64,000 bases of DNA from Myxococcales bacterium (GTDB lineage Bacteria; Myxococcota_A; Polyangia; Haliangiales; Haliangiaceae), in NCBI GenBank assembly GCA_016707895.1, contig JADJGV010000034.1, forward strand, positions 821,625 through 885,624. The letters run 5' to 3'. The notes under the pieces were generated by a model that saw nothing but the letters and a program-made list of their open reading frames with translations, had not been told where the DNA came from and made no database searches. The position numbers were made by a program, and so were the translations under genes. Shown in pieces: positions 9,903 to 21,689 of the stretch (position 1 is its first letter; each line of letters begins with the position of its first letter).

Positions 9903-11580
9903 CTACAGCTCGATGCCGGCGGCCAGGCACGCGCGCTTGACCTGCGCCTTGAGCCGCGGCTTCGAGACGCTGCGCAGCGCGGCCTTGGCGGCGCCGAGGT
10001 CCTGGTTCTGGCAGTAGGCCTCGGCGCGGATCGCGAACAGCACCTGCGCGCTCGGGAACTTGTTGAGCGCGGCCCGCGTGACCTGCAGCGCCGTGTCGGG
10101 GTCGCCGGCGCGCAGCGCGGCGCGGGCCTCGACCGCCGCGGCCCGGACGTCGGGCGGGTCGGCGTCGTCGTCGGCGGGCGCGCCCCCGCCAGCGTCGAGG
10201 CGCGGCGCGGGCGGGCGGGCGTCGGTGGGGCGGGCGGCGCGGGCGTCGGTGGGCGGCGCGGCGTCGGCCGGCGCGGCGCCGGCGTCGTCGAGCTCCGTCG
10301 GCGGCACCGCGAGCGCGGCGTCGCTGGTGGGCGTCGTCGGCGCGGCGTCGATCGGCGCGCTGGCCACCGCCCCGGCGTCGACCGCGGTGGCCGGCGCGGG
10401 CGTGGTCGGCTTGCCGCCACCGCCGCCGCCGAGCACCACCACCGCGGCCACCGCCGCGCCGGCCAGCACCACGACCGCGGCGACGATCACGCCGGTGCGC
10501 TTCTTCGGCGGCGCCGCCAGCGCCGGGGCCGAGGCCACGGTCTGGGCCGAGGCCACCGGCCCGGCCTTGAGCGCCTCGCGGGCCTGGCTGGCCAGCGCGC
10601 TGCCGTGATCCTCCCGAGCCGACGGTCTGCGCGAACGCGTCCTGGGTGCTCTGCTTGGTCGGCGTGGCCGGCGTCACCGCCGGCCGCACGTTGGTCGGGA
10701 TCGGCGCGCGGCCGGTGGCCAGCGGCGATCCGGTCAGCGCCTCGACGAACGCCGCGACGTCGGGCCAGCGCTCGGCGGCCTTCTTGGCCAGCGCGCGGTC
10801 GACCGCGGCCGCGGCCGCGGCCGGCACCGCCGGCGCCAGGCTCGCCACCGTCGGCGCCGGGTCGAACACCACCTTGAACACCACCTCGGGGATGGTCGCG
10901 CCGCCGAACGCCGCCTGGCCGGTCAGCATCTCGAACACCACCGCGCCCAGCGCGAACACGTCGGTGCGGCCGTCGACCTGATCGTGGCGGCCGGTCGCTT
11001 GCTCGGGCGCCATGTACTGCGGCGTGCCCAGCATCTGGGTGTCCTGGGTCTTCACCGTGTTCGAGCCGTGGATCTTCGAGATGCCGAAGTCGAGCACCTT
11101 GGCCCGCGGCGGGCCCTCGTCCTGGGGGATCAGGAAGATGTTGGCCGGCTTGAGATCGCGGTGGACGATGCCCTCGCGGTGAGCCGCGGCCAGCGCCGCG
11201 CCGACCTGGCGGATGATCGGCGCGACCTCGTCGAGCGTCATCGGCCCGCGCCGCAGCCGGTCGGCCAGCGACTCGCCGACCAGGAGCTCGAGCACCAGGT
11301 AGGGCGTGCCGTCGGGCAGCTGGTTCCAGTCGTGGACCTCGACGATGTTGGGGTGGCCGAGCCGCGACGCGATCTCCGCCTCGCGCCGGAACCGCGCCAG
11401 CGACTCGGCGTCGGCCACGTCGGGGTGCAGGACCTTGATCGCCACCTTCTTGCCCGGCAGCCGGGCGTGGCTGGCCACGAACACCGCGCCCATCCCGCCG
11501 CGCCCCAGCAGCCCCTCGACCGTGTAGGTCTCCGCGATCACGGAGCCCACATCGAGGGCGTGCGTCGGTGAATGCGCCAT
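9903..11580 (-). CDS. Membrane-anchored Ser/Thr protein kinase (kinase, Pro-rich linker, TM helix, TPR-like C-terminus); an apparent frameshift near 10605-10620 splits it across two frames
   Basis: The kinase domain is MAHSP...HRDLKPANIFL...DFGIS...GTPQYMAPE. The C-terminal part is in another frame (TGVIVAAVVVLAGAAVAAVVVL plus a TPR-like tail ending at 9903). The kinase frame itself has no stop until 9856 and reads Arg-rich nonsense. Confidence 0.65.
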
Positions 11581-11607
11581 CGCCCGGCATCGTATAATGC
11601 CCGGACC

Positions 11608-12384
11608 ATGCGCGCAGCCCCTGTCGCCCTCGTCGTGATCGCTACCCTGGCGCCGTGGGGCGCCGCCGACGCCCGGCCCAAGAAGAAGAAGGCCTCGGAG
11701 CTGGTCGACATCAGCGCCGCCCGGGCCCAGCTCAAGGTGCTGACCGACAGCGACGGCGCCATCTACGTGATGGACAGCGGCTACCGCGACGACACGATGG
11801 TGTTCTACGGCGACAAGAAGGTGCTGCACCGCCAGCGCATCATCGGCGGCGGCGCCAACGGCCCGGCGTTCAGCTTCCGGTTCTGGGCGCCGCGCGTCGA
11901 TCACCGCACCGACATCGGCCGCAAGGACAACGGCGACTTCTTCGTGTCGTGCGGCGACCAGGAGGAGATCTTGAAGCCGGTGGCCGACGGCGACGCCCGG
12001 GCGGTGCTGGACAAGGCGGCGTTCAAGACCGCGATGTGGAAGCACCAGGGCCACGTGCTGGCCCGCGACGACAGCGGCACCTACTACTACGTCGATCGGC
12101 TGCGCGACGAGGAGGGCGGCAAGGGCTACCGGATCTTCGTCGGCCCGGCCGGCGCGATGAAGCAGCAGGTCATGAAGAACGTGGTGTCGGACTCGGTCGG
12201 CGAGATCTTCTCGACCAAGAACGGCCAGCTCCGGCTGGTGACCTCGAACTCCGAGACCACCTGGATCAAGGGCAACGTCAAGAGCTCGCTCACGCCGGTG
12301 CCGGTCGAGGACAACATCCGCCTGGTCTACGGCGACCTCGGCGTCTACCCGGCGGGCCTCGGCACGCCGTGCGACGATCTCTAG
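11608..12384 (+). CDS. Secreted hypothetical protein
   Basis: Signal peptide MRAAPVALVVIATLAPWGAADA. The body is lysine-containing with good codon usage. It is divergent from the kinase. Confidence 0.65.
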   Translation: MRAAPVALVVIATLAPWGAADARPKKKKASELVDISAARAQLKVLTDSDGAIYVMDSGYRDDTMVFYGDKKVLHRQRIIGGGANGPAFSFRFWAPRVDHRTDIGRKDNGDFFVSCGDQEEILKPVADGDARAVLDKAAFKTAMWKHQGHVLARDDSGTYYYVDRLRDEEGGKGYRIFVGPAGAMKQQVMKNVVSDSVGEIFSTKNGQLRLVTSNSETTWIKGNVKSSLTPVPVEDNIRLVYGDLGVYPAGLGTPCDDL

Positions 12385-12431
12385 CGCGCGTCCCCTTGGA
12401 ATCGGCGGCGGCGGCGCCGCGTTGGATCGCC

Positions 12432-13166
12432 ATGCGACCACGCGGCCTCGCGGTGCTCCTGGTGACGGTGGCGTGCCACGGCGGCGGCCCGGCGCGGCCC
12501 CTCGCCAACACCCCGCCGGCGCCGCCGCCGACCGGCGCGTTCATGGCCGGGTTGTTCGGGGGCGACCGCACGTTGATCTACGACGTCACCCAGGAGGCGT
12601 CGTTCTTCGACGATCAGGATCCGGCCGCCGACGCCAGCGGCGTCGTCAAGACCGCGTCGACCGACCCGGTGACCTGCCACCTCGCGGTCGCGACCCTCGG
12701 CCGCTACCGCACCGCGACGATCGCCTGCGACGACGGCGCGGCCGCCACCAGCGGCGCCCGGGTGCTCGACGAGCTCGAGCGCACCTACGCCACCGATGGC
12801 GCGCAGCTGTGGCGGCTGGAGGGTGGCGAGCTGCCGACGACGGTCGCCGACCTCGAGGCCGCGCTGCCCGATGCGCCCGACCTGGTGGCCGGCCAGCCGT
12901 CGGTCGAGCAGGGCGGCTACGACGACACCAGCGACGACGACGACGGCGACGGGAACCCCGACGATGGCGAGGACGACGCGCGGTTCGGCACCGTGCACCG
13001 GGTCACCGCCACCACCGACGGCTGGTGCGTCGAGGACGAGGGCTGGGGCGGCGACGAGGGCGGCGCCAGCTGGTGCGTGTCGGCCGCCCGCGGCGTCACC
13101 GCGGTCACCTGGTACTTCGCCGGCGGCTCGTCCCAGGATCAGCGCGCCGAGCTGCGCGCGCCGTGA
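12432..13166 (+). CDS. Secreted/lipoprotein hypothetical protein with an acidic Asp-rich C-terminal region
   Basis: Signal MRPRGLAVLLVTVACHGGG. Asp/Gly-rich stretch DDTSDDDDGDGNPDDGEDD. Confidence 0.6.
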   Translation: MRPRGLAVLLVTVACHGGGPARPLANTPPAPPPTGAFMAGLFGGDRTLIYDVTQEASFFDDQDPAADASGVVKTASTDPVTCHLAVATLGRYRTATIACDDGAAATSGARVLDELERTYATDGAQLWRLEGGELPTTVADLEAALPDAPDLVAGQPSVEQGGYDDTSDDDDGDGNPDDGEDDARFGTVHRVTATTDGWCVEDEGWGGDEGGASWCVSAARGVTAVTWYFAGGSSQDQRAELRAP

Positions 13167-15028
<1,862 letters not shown>

Positions 15029-15037
15029 GCGCCGACG

Positions 15038-15265
15038 ATGGCACGCCGCGCGGCCGCGTGGCAGGGTGGTCGCGTGGACCCCGCCCCGTGCCCGCACCGC
15101 GACCGCGTCGACGGCGTCTGCGCCGCCTGCGGGCACTGCGAGCACGACGTGATCCTCAACGGCGCGTGCCTGGCCTGCGGCTCCACCGCGCTCGATCCGG
15201 TGGCGCGCTCGCCGCGGCCCGAGCTGGTGCCGGCCGACGCGCTGGTGCGGCGGCGGCCGGGGTGA
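15038..15265 (+). CDS. Possible small zinc-ribbon protein (75 aa, six Cys including CxxCxxC...CxxC)
   Basis: ORF MARRAAAWQGGRVDPAPCPHRDRVDGVCAACGHCEHDVILNGACLACGS... is divergent from the GNAT gene. Support is weak in a high-GC background. Confidence 0.3.
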   Translation: MARRAAAWQGGRVDPAPCPHRDRVDGVCAACGHCEHDVILNGACLACGSTALDPVARSPRPELVPADALVRRRPG

Positions 15266-15362
15266 GCTGCGCCGGCCGCGGTGGTGCGCTGGCCGACCGT
15301 CGTGACGCCGGGCGTGCGTCGGCGCTTGTGAGGTCGCGGGCGCGGGTGTATGCAGCCGACCG

Positions 15363-16433
15363 ATGAGAGCCTTGGCCTACCTCGCCATGATCGCGGTGGC
15401 TGCGTGCGGCGGCGCGCCGGCGGGCAGCGGGGACGACATCCTGCTGATCGATTCGCGCGGCGCCGGGAGCGACGGCGCCGGTGGCGGCGACGGCGGCGTG
15501 CCGATCGACGGGCCGAGCAACGGCGCGCCGGCGTTGCGCCACTGCACCGGGCGCGCGTTCACGCCGACGCCGGCCGCCGGGTTCGCGACGGTCGGCGGCA
15601 CGCTGGTCGCGCTGGGCGGCGCCGCCAACCACGGCGGCGAGGACATCGTGACGCCGCCGGGCACGCCGGTGTCGGCGCGGGCCCGCTTCACCTACGGCAC
15701 CACCGCGACCGCGCTCGATCAGGAGCCGGTGGCGGTGTGGCTCGACGACTGCAACGGCTGGCACGCGCTGGGCACGCACACCACCGCGGCCGGTCAGCTC
15801 GACGTGCCGGTCGACGTCACGCTGGCGCCGGGCATCTACGAGGCGCGGTTCGAGGTGCTGGGCGACGCCACCGTCACCGTCAGCTACCTGTGGATCCTGC
15901 CGACCGGCAGCCACATCGCGGTCACCGACATCGACGGCACGCTCACCACCAGCGACACCGAGCTGTTCGTGCAGATCCTGCTCAACAGCTACGTCCCGAC
16001 CGCGTACCCGAGCGCCGCCGAGCTGACCACCGCCCACGCCGCCAAGCGCCACGTCGTCGCGTACATCACGGGCCGGCCGACGTTCCTCGCGATCGCCAGC
16101 CGGCAGTGGCTGGCCGACCTCGGCTTCGCGCCCGGGCCGCTGCACCTGACCACCACCACCGCCGAGAGCCTGCCCACCAACACCGGCGTCGGCGACTACA
16201 AGAAGGCGTGGCTCGCGTCGCTCACGGCCAAGGGCTACGTGCTCGATCTGGCCTACGGCAACGCCACCACCGACATCTACGCCTACGAGGGCGCGGGCAT
16301 CGCCGACGGCAAGCAGTGGATCATCGGCACCAACGCCGGCATGAACGGCACCAACGCGGTGATGGACAGCTGGGCGGCGCGGGTGGCGGAGGTGCAGGCG
16401 ATGCCGGTGGTCGTGCAGCCGTTCATGCCGTGA
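15363..16433 (+). CDS. Lipoprotein with an App1/LNS2 (lipin-like, HAD DxDxT) phosphatidate-phosphatase-type domain
   Basis: Lipobox MIAVAACGG. Catalytic motif VTDIDGTLTTSD. Downstream there is a conserved K...GNATTD. Confidence 0.7.
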   Translation: MRALAYLAMIAVAACGGAPAGSGDDILLIDSRGAGSDGAGGGDGGVPIDGPSNGAPALRHCTGRAFTPTPAAGFATVGGTLVALGGAANHGGEDIVTPPGTPVSARARFTYGTTATALDQEPVAVWLDDCNGWHALGTHTTAAGQLDVPVDVTLAPGIYEARFEVLGDATVTVSYLWILPTGSHIAVTDIDGTLTTSDTELFVQILLNSYVPTAYPSAAELTTAHAAKRHVVAYITGRPTFLAIASRQWLADLGFAPGPLHLTTTTAESLPTNTGVGDYKKAWLASLTAKGYVLDLAYGNATTDIYAYEGAGIADGKQWIIGTNAGMNGTNAVMDSWAARVAEVQAMPVVVQPFMP

Positions 16434-16478
16434 GCGCCTGCGCCAGCTGACCGCCGCGGCGCGCGCGGTCGGTCCGGC

Positions 16479-17255
16479 TCACAGATCGATCGCGTCGAGG
16501 TCGGCGTCGGCGAAGGCGCGCGGGGGTGACGGCGACGCGGTCAACGCGGTCGACGCGGTCGGCGGGCTCGACGGCGCTGGCGTGCGGGCCGCGGCCTGGC
16601 ACAGCGAACAGCTCGCGGGCAGGTGCGGCGCGTCCTTGCGGTGCAGGTCGAGCACCGCGCGCGACAGCTGGGCCAGCTCGCGGCGCACCTCGCGGCGGCG
16701 GCCGGCCACTCGCTCGATGCGCATGTCGTCGTAGCCGGTGGTCTGGTGCCGCATCCACGCGATCACCGCGGCGGCGGCGCGCTCGTCGATGCTGATCCGC
16801 TGGGTGCGCGCGACGGTGCCACTGCCGACCGGCGTGGCGTGGGCCGCGACCCGTGCCGCCACCGCGTCGCCCAGCGCCGCCCAGCGGGGCGCGAACCGCA
16901 GGAACGCCCGCACCTCCTGCTCGAACGACACCGCGTACGCGGCCTGCGCGCGATCGCGGCGATCGCGATCGCTGGCGCGCCGGCGCGCGTAGCCCTCGGT
17001 CGCTCGCTCGGCCTCGATCGCCACCCGGGCCGCGTCGATGTGCGCGCGCGGCGCCCACAGCCCGCGGGAGAACTGCTTGCGCCCGCGCTGCTCGAGCACC
17101 GCCCACGACGGGCCGGCGGCCTTGACCCGGCGGGTCAGCCCGGCGTCGCCCGGCGGCAAGCAGGCCCAGTCGGCCGGCGGGCTCAGGCGGCGGCCGTCGG
17201 AGTGGACGAACACCCGCGGGTCGGCGGTCGGTGCGAGGACGAGCGATTCCGGCAT
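16479..17255 (-). CDS. DUF2293-family protein
   Basis: Conserved C-terminal block AVIAWMRHQTTGYDDM. It is convergent with the upstream gene. Confidence 0.6.
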   Translation of the reverse strand: MPESLVLAPTADPRVFVHSDGRRLSPPADWACLPPGDAGLTRRVKAAGPSWAVLEQRGRKQFSRGLWAPRAHIDAARVAIEAERATEGYARRRASDRDRRDRAQAAYAVSFEQEVRAFLRFAPRWAALGDAVAARVAAHATPVGSGTVARTQRISIDERAAAAVIAWMRHQTTGYDDMRIERVAGRRREVRRELAQLSRAVLDLHRKDAPHLPASCSLCQAAARTPAPSSPPTASTALTASPSPPRAFADADLDAIDL

Positions 17256-17348
17256 CGGCGGGCGCGACCATGCCGCAGGGGGGCCGGTGCCGGCGAGCGC
17301 GCGCCTGGCGAAATCGTCGACGGCGGCGCGCGGGGATCGTCAGCGCCG

Positions 17349-17648
17349 CTATTCGGCGGGGGGCGGCTGGCCCGGGGCCAGCTCGGGGCACTCGCCGCGG
17401 TAGAGCGCCCACTCCTCGCAGGTCTGCTCGCCCTTGGTGCAGTAGCCGGCCTGGCCGCCGGCCTCGTCGCGGATCTCGAGCGTGCCGCCGATCTCGACGC
17501 AGTAGGTGGACGCGGGGTTGGCCAGCTGCGTGGTGGTCGGCGCCGGCGTCGCGGGGCCGGGCGCCGGCGCGGCGGGCTTGCCGGGACCTCCGCAGGCGGT
17601 GGTGAGGATCCCGAGGGCCAGGGCGACGCGGATGGCGGTGCGCTGCAT
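17349..17648 (-). CDS. DUF333-family small lipoprotein (putative hemolysin-like)
   Basis: Lipobox LTTACGG. NPASTYC...G...YC..GEQC motif. Confidence 0.65.
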   Translation of the reverse strand: MQRTAIRVALALGILTTACGGPGKPAAPAPGPATPAPTTTQLANPASTYCVEIGGTLEIRDEAGGQAGYCTKGEQTCEEWALYRGECPELAPGQPPPAE

Positions 17649-17708
17649 CGCCGGCAGTCTACCGGAGCACCGGTCGACGCGCCGGGACTCTCGCGTCCTG
17701 GTGGGAGG

Positions 17709-17756
17709 CTCGGCGGGGACCCGGCCCCGCCGAGGGAGGTTCGGTGACGAACCTCC
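17709..17756. terminator. Two tandem GC-rich hairpins (CTCGGCGGGG-ACCCGG-CCCCGCCGAG and GGAGGTTCG-GTGA-CGAACCTCC) immediately downstream of the minus-strand gene 17763..18014
   Basis: Perfect inverted repeats sit just past the stop codon. Confidence 0.5.
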
Positions 17757-17762
17757 TGCAAC

Positions 17763-18014
17763 TCAGTGCTGGTTGTCGAACTTGATGCCCAGCTCGACCT
17801 CGTCGATCGCCTGCTTGAGCAGCACGATCGCCTTGGCGCGGTGGCCGCCCTTGTCGGGCGTCGCCTGATCGAGCTGGGCGCGGGCCTTCTTCATGTCGAC
17901 CAGCGCGCCGCGCATGTGCGGCTGGCGGTCGGCGATCGCGGGAGCGATCACCGTGGTCGTGGCGAAGGCGGCGAGGAGGGCGAGGGTCGAGAGCTTCCAG
18001 GGGTTGGTGCGCAT
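17763..18014 (-). CDS. Small secreted protein (83 aa)
   Basis: Signal peptide MRTNPWKLSTLALLAAFATTTVIAPAIA. The C-terminus is lysine-rich. Confidence 0.55.
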   Translation of the reverse strand: MRTNPWKLSTLALLAAFATTTVIAPAIADRQPHMRGALVDMKKARAQLDQATPDKGGHRAKAIVLLKQAIDEVELGIKFDNQH

Positions 18015-18055
18015 GAGGCTCTGACCACGGCTGCGCCCGAAGGTTAGGTCGCCCG

Positions 18056-18793
18056 CTACGGTTCGCCCTTGCGCGAGCACGTGACCTTGCCGTGGTCCGG
18101 CGATCCCTTGACCACCTGGCAGAAGTAGCCGGCGCTGCGGCCGGGGCCAGCGGCGGGAGTGTCGGGGCGCGGGCCCCAGTGCTCGCCGTCGCCTTGCAGA
18201 TCGCACCACACGCCGGTCGGTGAGGGCGGCATGCCGGCGGGGGTGTCGGCGCGACGCAGCAGGTTGCGCTGCTCCCAGCCGGTCGGCGTCGCGGTGCAGC
18301 GCACGTCGGCGGGCGCGACCCGGTTGGGCACCGGCGGCGGTGGCGGGCGACGATCGCAGACGAACACCGCCGGATCGGTGGTGCGATGGCACACCGCGGT
18401 CGGTCGGCCGCAGCCGGCGGTGTCGGCCACGACCAGCAGCGCCTCGCCGGTCGCGCAGCTCGGGCCGCCGACGCAACCACACGGACAGCTCGTCGAGTCG
18501 GCGACGCACGGCGCGCAGCCCCACGTCTGCCCGGCGCGGCACTGGCCGAGCATCGGCACCGGGCGCGGCGCCTCGGTGGGATCGGGCGTACCCGCAGCGT
18601 CGGTCGCGGTCGCGGTCGCGGTCGTCGTCGCGCCGGTCGTCGTCGCGCCGGTCGTCGTCGTGCCGGTCGTCGTCGCGCCGGTCGTCGTCGTGCCGGTCCC
18701 GCCGGCGCGCGCCAGCGGGCCGCTGGGCGGTGGCGTGCACGCGGCGAGCACGGCGGCGGAGCACAGCATCGGCCAGGCGGTGCGGAGGCGCAT
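18056..18793 (-). CDS. Cys-rich lipoprotein with an N-terminal Thr/Gly low-complexity linker
   Basis: Lipobox VLAACT. (TTTTGA)n linker encoded by 15-bp tandem DNA repeats. There are more than 20 Cys in the body. Confidence 0.6.
   Translation of the reverse strand: MRLRTAWPMLCSAAVLAACTPPPSGPLARAGGTGTTTTGATTTGTTTTGATTTGATTTATATATDAAGTPDPTEAPRPVPMLGQCRAGQTWGCAPCVADSTSCPCGCVGGPSCATGEALLVVADTAGCGRPTAVCHRTTDPAVFVCDRRPPPPPVPNRVAPADVRCTATPTGWEQRNLLRRADTPAGMPPSPTGVWCDLQGDGEHWGPRPDTPAAGPGRSAGYFCQVVKGSPDHGKVTCSRKGEP
18600..18700. repeat. Tandem ~15-bp repeat array (GCCGGTCGTCGTCGC/G) encoding the Thr-Gly linker of the lipoprotein
   Basis: About six to seven consecutive near-identical units are visible on the plus strand. 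Confidence 0.7.
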
Positions 18794-18814
18794 GGCGCGA
18801 TGATACCGCCGCGG

Positions 18815-19162
18815 TCAGGCCTTGCGCAGGAACTCGGCCTTGAGCATCACGCTCAGGTTGTCGACCTTGCAGTCGACCGCGTGGTCGCCGTCGGCCAGGC
18901 GGATGTTGGTGATCTTGGTGCCTTGCTTGAGCGTCACCGACGAGCCCTTCACCTTCAGGCTCTTGATCAGCACCACCGCGTCGCCGTTGGCCAGCGGCAC
19001 GCCGTTCACGTCGCGCACGACGCCGTCGTCCTCGGGCGCGGCGGCGGCGGCCGGGGCGGTCGCCAGCGACCACTCGTGGGCGCAGTCGGCGCACACCCAG
19101 CGCTCGCCGTCCGGGTACACGTTGGGCTGCGCGCAGCGCGGACAGGTCGTGGGCTCGTCCAT
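18815..19162 (-). CDS. phnA: PhnA/YjdC-family zinc-ribbon protein
   Basis: N-terminal CPRC...CADCAHEW zinc ribbon. The C-terminal domain is conserved ([25 protein letters not shown]-like). Length is 115 aa. Confidence 0.75.
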   Translation of the reverse strand: MDEPTTCPRCAQPNVYPDGERWVCADCAHEWSLATAPAAAAAPEDDGVVRDVNGVPLANGDAVVLIKSLKVKGSSVTLKQGTKITNIRLADGDHAVDCKVDNLSVMLKAEFLRKA

Positions 19163-19241
19163 CGCGGCCTTGTCGCAGAACCGCGGGCCGCGCGCAACGT
19201 CGCGGCGGCGACACCTCGTCGCGCCGACCGGGCCCGTGGGA

Positions 19242-20078
19242 TCACAGCGCGGCCCAGGCGCGCATGGCCCGGGCGCCGGCGGCGCGCCCGCGCTGGTAGT
19301 CGGCGAGCAGCACGTCGACGTCGCGGGTGATCCGGCTGGTGCGCAGGCCGTCGGGGGCGACGTGGACCACCTGGCAGTCGGCCGGCGGTCGCGCGATGAA
19401 CCCGCGCGCGCGCTCGTAGATCGCGCGGTAGCGACGGAACGCGCCCACCAGCGCCGGGTGTTCGCGCAACAGCCGCGCCGCCAGCGCGCACTCCAGGCGT
19501 GACGGACCCGGGAAGTCCGACGGGCGCGAGCGGATCACCAGGATGCGGCGGGCGCCGCGCTGGTAGGCCTCCTCGACCGGGATCGGCGCACCGAGGCCGC
19601 CGTCGGTGAACGCGCGACCGTCGACCTCGACGAAGCGGCGGAACAGCACCGGCACCGCCGACGACGCCTGCAGCACCTGCGACATCGACGCCGCGTCGGG
19701 CTCGAACCACACCGCGGCGCCGGTGTCGACCGCCGTCGCCGCCACCACCAGCCGCGTCGGGCCCGCCACGATCGCCGCCGCGTCGAGCGGATCCTCGCGC
19801 TCGAAGGCGTCCCACAAGTAGTCGATGTCGAGCCAGTGGCCGCCGCGCAAGAACCGGCCGGCATCGACGAACTCGCGGCGCCGCATCTGGTTGAAGAAGC
19901 AGCGGCGGTTGCGGCCGTGCTGGCGGGCCAGGTGCGACGACAGGTTGCACGCACCGGCCGAGCTGCCGATCGCCAGGTCGAACGGCGCGAAGTCGTGCTC
20001 GAGGAACACGTCGAGCACGCCGGCGGCGAAGACGCCGCGCATGGCGCCTCCTTCGACGACGATCGCGGCGTGCGCCAT
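19242..20078 (-). CDS. Patatin-like phospholipase
   Basis: GGAMRG oxyanion motif and GSSAG nucleophile elbow. A DGG motif (FTDGGL) is present. Confidence 0.8.
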   Translation of the reverse strand: MAHAAIVVEGGAMRGVFAAGVLDVFLEHDFAPFDLAIGSSAGACNLSSHLARQHGRNRRCFFNQMRRREFVDAGRFLRGGHWLDIDYLWDAFEREDPLDAAAIVAGPTRLVVAATAVDTGAAVWFEPDAASMSQVLQASSAVPVLFRRFVEVDGRAFTDGGLGAPIPVEEAYQRGARRILVIRSRPSDFPGPSRLECALAARLLREHPALVGAFRRYRAIYERARGFIARPPADCQVVHVAPDGLRTSRITRDVDVLLADYQRGRAAGARAMRAWAAL

Positions 20079-20352
20079 GGGCGGCGCAGTCTCGCAGGTT
20101 CGGCCGGCGGTGGCGATGGCCCGGGCGGCGCAGACGTCTGCGGCGACGCCGGTCAGGTAGCGCGCTGCTTCGACGGGAGCGTCTGGGCGGCCCGGGCTGG
20201 CCGGTGTCCGGGCCGGACCCCCGCGGCTGTCCGGGGATGGCCGGAGAGCCGGACAATCCGGACGAGATCCGGCCGTCTTGTCCGAGATTCGGACACGCGG
20301 CACGCGGTGTCGCGGAGTTGCGGCTGGCGCGCGGCTTGCTGAGGGGTTGGGC

Positions 20353-21663
20353 ATGGTGGACAGGGCAGCGGGCGGACAGCAGGTGAGCGAGGTGGCGGCG
20401 GCGGGCGCGGCGGCGGCTGCGGACGACTGGCGCGTGGTCGACCGGACGCTGCGCGGGCTGGCGCGGCGGCGGGCGGCGCTCGACGTCGAGGAGGCCGCGT
20501 GGCTGCGGCGCGCACGGGCGCTGGGCGTCCATCGCGAGCTCGGCTTCGCGTCGTTCTTCGAGTACGTCGAGCGCATCCTGGGCTACGCGCCGGGGCCAGC
20601 GCGGGAGCGGCTGCGGGTCGCCGACGCGCTGGCGGCCCTGCCGAAGCTGCGGGCGGCGATGAGCGCCGGCGACGTCGCGTACAGCGCGGCGAGGGAGCTG
20701 ACCCGGGTCGCGACGGTCGACACCGAGGCGGCGTGGCTGACGGCGGCGGCCAAGCACACCGTGCGGGAGATCGAGGAGATGGTCAGCGGGCGGCGGCGGG
20801 GCGACTCGCCGGACGATCCGCCCGACCCCGCCGCGCGGCTGCACGAGCTCCGGCTGCTGCTGCCCGCGGCGGTGCTGGGCAAGTTCACCGCGGCGCGGCG
20901 CGCGCTGGAGGCGGCGTGCGGGCATCCGCTGACCGATGGCGACCTGCTCGCGACCTTGTGCGATGGCCAGCTGGCCGGCGCGGGCTCCCACGTGGGAGAT
21001 GCCGTGGCGGGCTCCCACGTGGGAGATGCCGCGGCGGCATCCAAGCCCATGTATCAGATCGCGATCACGCGGTGCCCCGACTGCACGCGCGCGTGGCAGG
21101 ACGTCGCCGGGCACACGATCGAGATCAGCGAGACCGAGCTGGCGCAGGCGTCGTGCGACGCCGAGCTGCTGGGGCGGGTCGACGGCGACAAGCCGGCGCG
21201 GGTGACCAAGACGATCCCGCCGCGGACCCGGCTCGCCGTGCTGCGGCGGGATCGCGGGCGGTGCGTGGTGCCGGGGTGCCGCAACGCGCGGTACGTCGAC
21301 GTCCACCACGTCGTCCCGCGGTCGGCGGGCGGCAAGCACACGCCGAGCAAGCTGTCGGTGCTGTGCTCGGCTCACCACAAGGCCGCGCACGATGGCCGGC
21401 TGCGGGTCGAGGGTACCGCGCCTGGGAAGCTGCGGTTCACGCACGCCGACGGGCGGCCGTACGGGGCGCCGCCGTCCCACGTGGAAGATGGGGACGCGGT
21501 GGCGCCGCCTCCGCCAGGAGGCGAGGTCGCGGTGGCGCCGTCCCAGGCGGGCGTCGAGGTCGAGGCGCCGCCGGTCCCACGCGGGCGCCGCCGAGCCAAG
21601 GCGGCACCGGCGAGGGGAACGCGGGGCCCTCGAAGGCGGGTGGTCGCCAGCGGGGGACGCTAA
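20353..21663 (+). CDS. DUF222 / HNH endonuclease domain protein (13E12-repeat-like family) with an internal 9-aa tandem duplication
   Basis: The DUF222 N-terminal region is present (LRRARALGVHRELGFASFFEYVERILGY...). The C-terminal HNH motif is C..PGC.....DVHHVVPRSAGG.......LCSAHHKAAHDG. The repeat is AGSHVGDAV|AGSHVGDAA. Confidence 0.8.
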   Translation: MVDRAAGGQQVSEVAAAGAAAAADDWRVVDRTLRGLARRRAALDVEEAAWLRRARALGVHRELGFASFFEYVERILGYAPGPARERLRVADALAALPKLRAAMSAGDVAYSAARELTRVATVDTEAAWLTAAAKHTVREIEEMVSGRRRGDSPDDPPDPAARLHELRLLLPAAVLGKFTAARRALEAACGHPLTDGDLLATLCDGQLAGAGSHVGDAVAGSHVGDAAAASKPMYQIAITRCPDCTRAWQDVAGHTIEISETELAQASCDAELLGRVDGDKPARVTKTIPPRTRLAVLRRDRGRCVVPGCRNARYVDVHHVVPRSAGGKHTPSKLSVLCSAHHKAAHDGRLRVEGTAPGKLRFTHADGRPYGAPPSHVEDGDAVAPPPPGGEVAVAPSQAGVEVEAPPVPRGRRRAKAAPARGTRGPRRRVVASGGR

Positions 21664-21689
21664 CCATGCCCCGACCGGGTGATGTTGAA

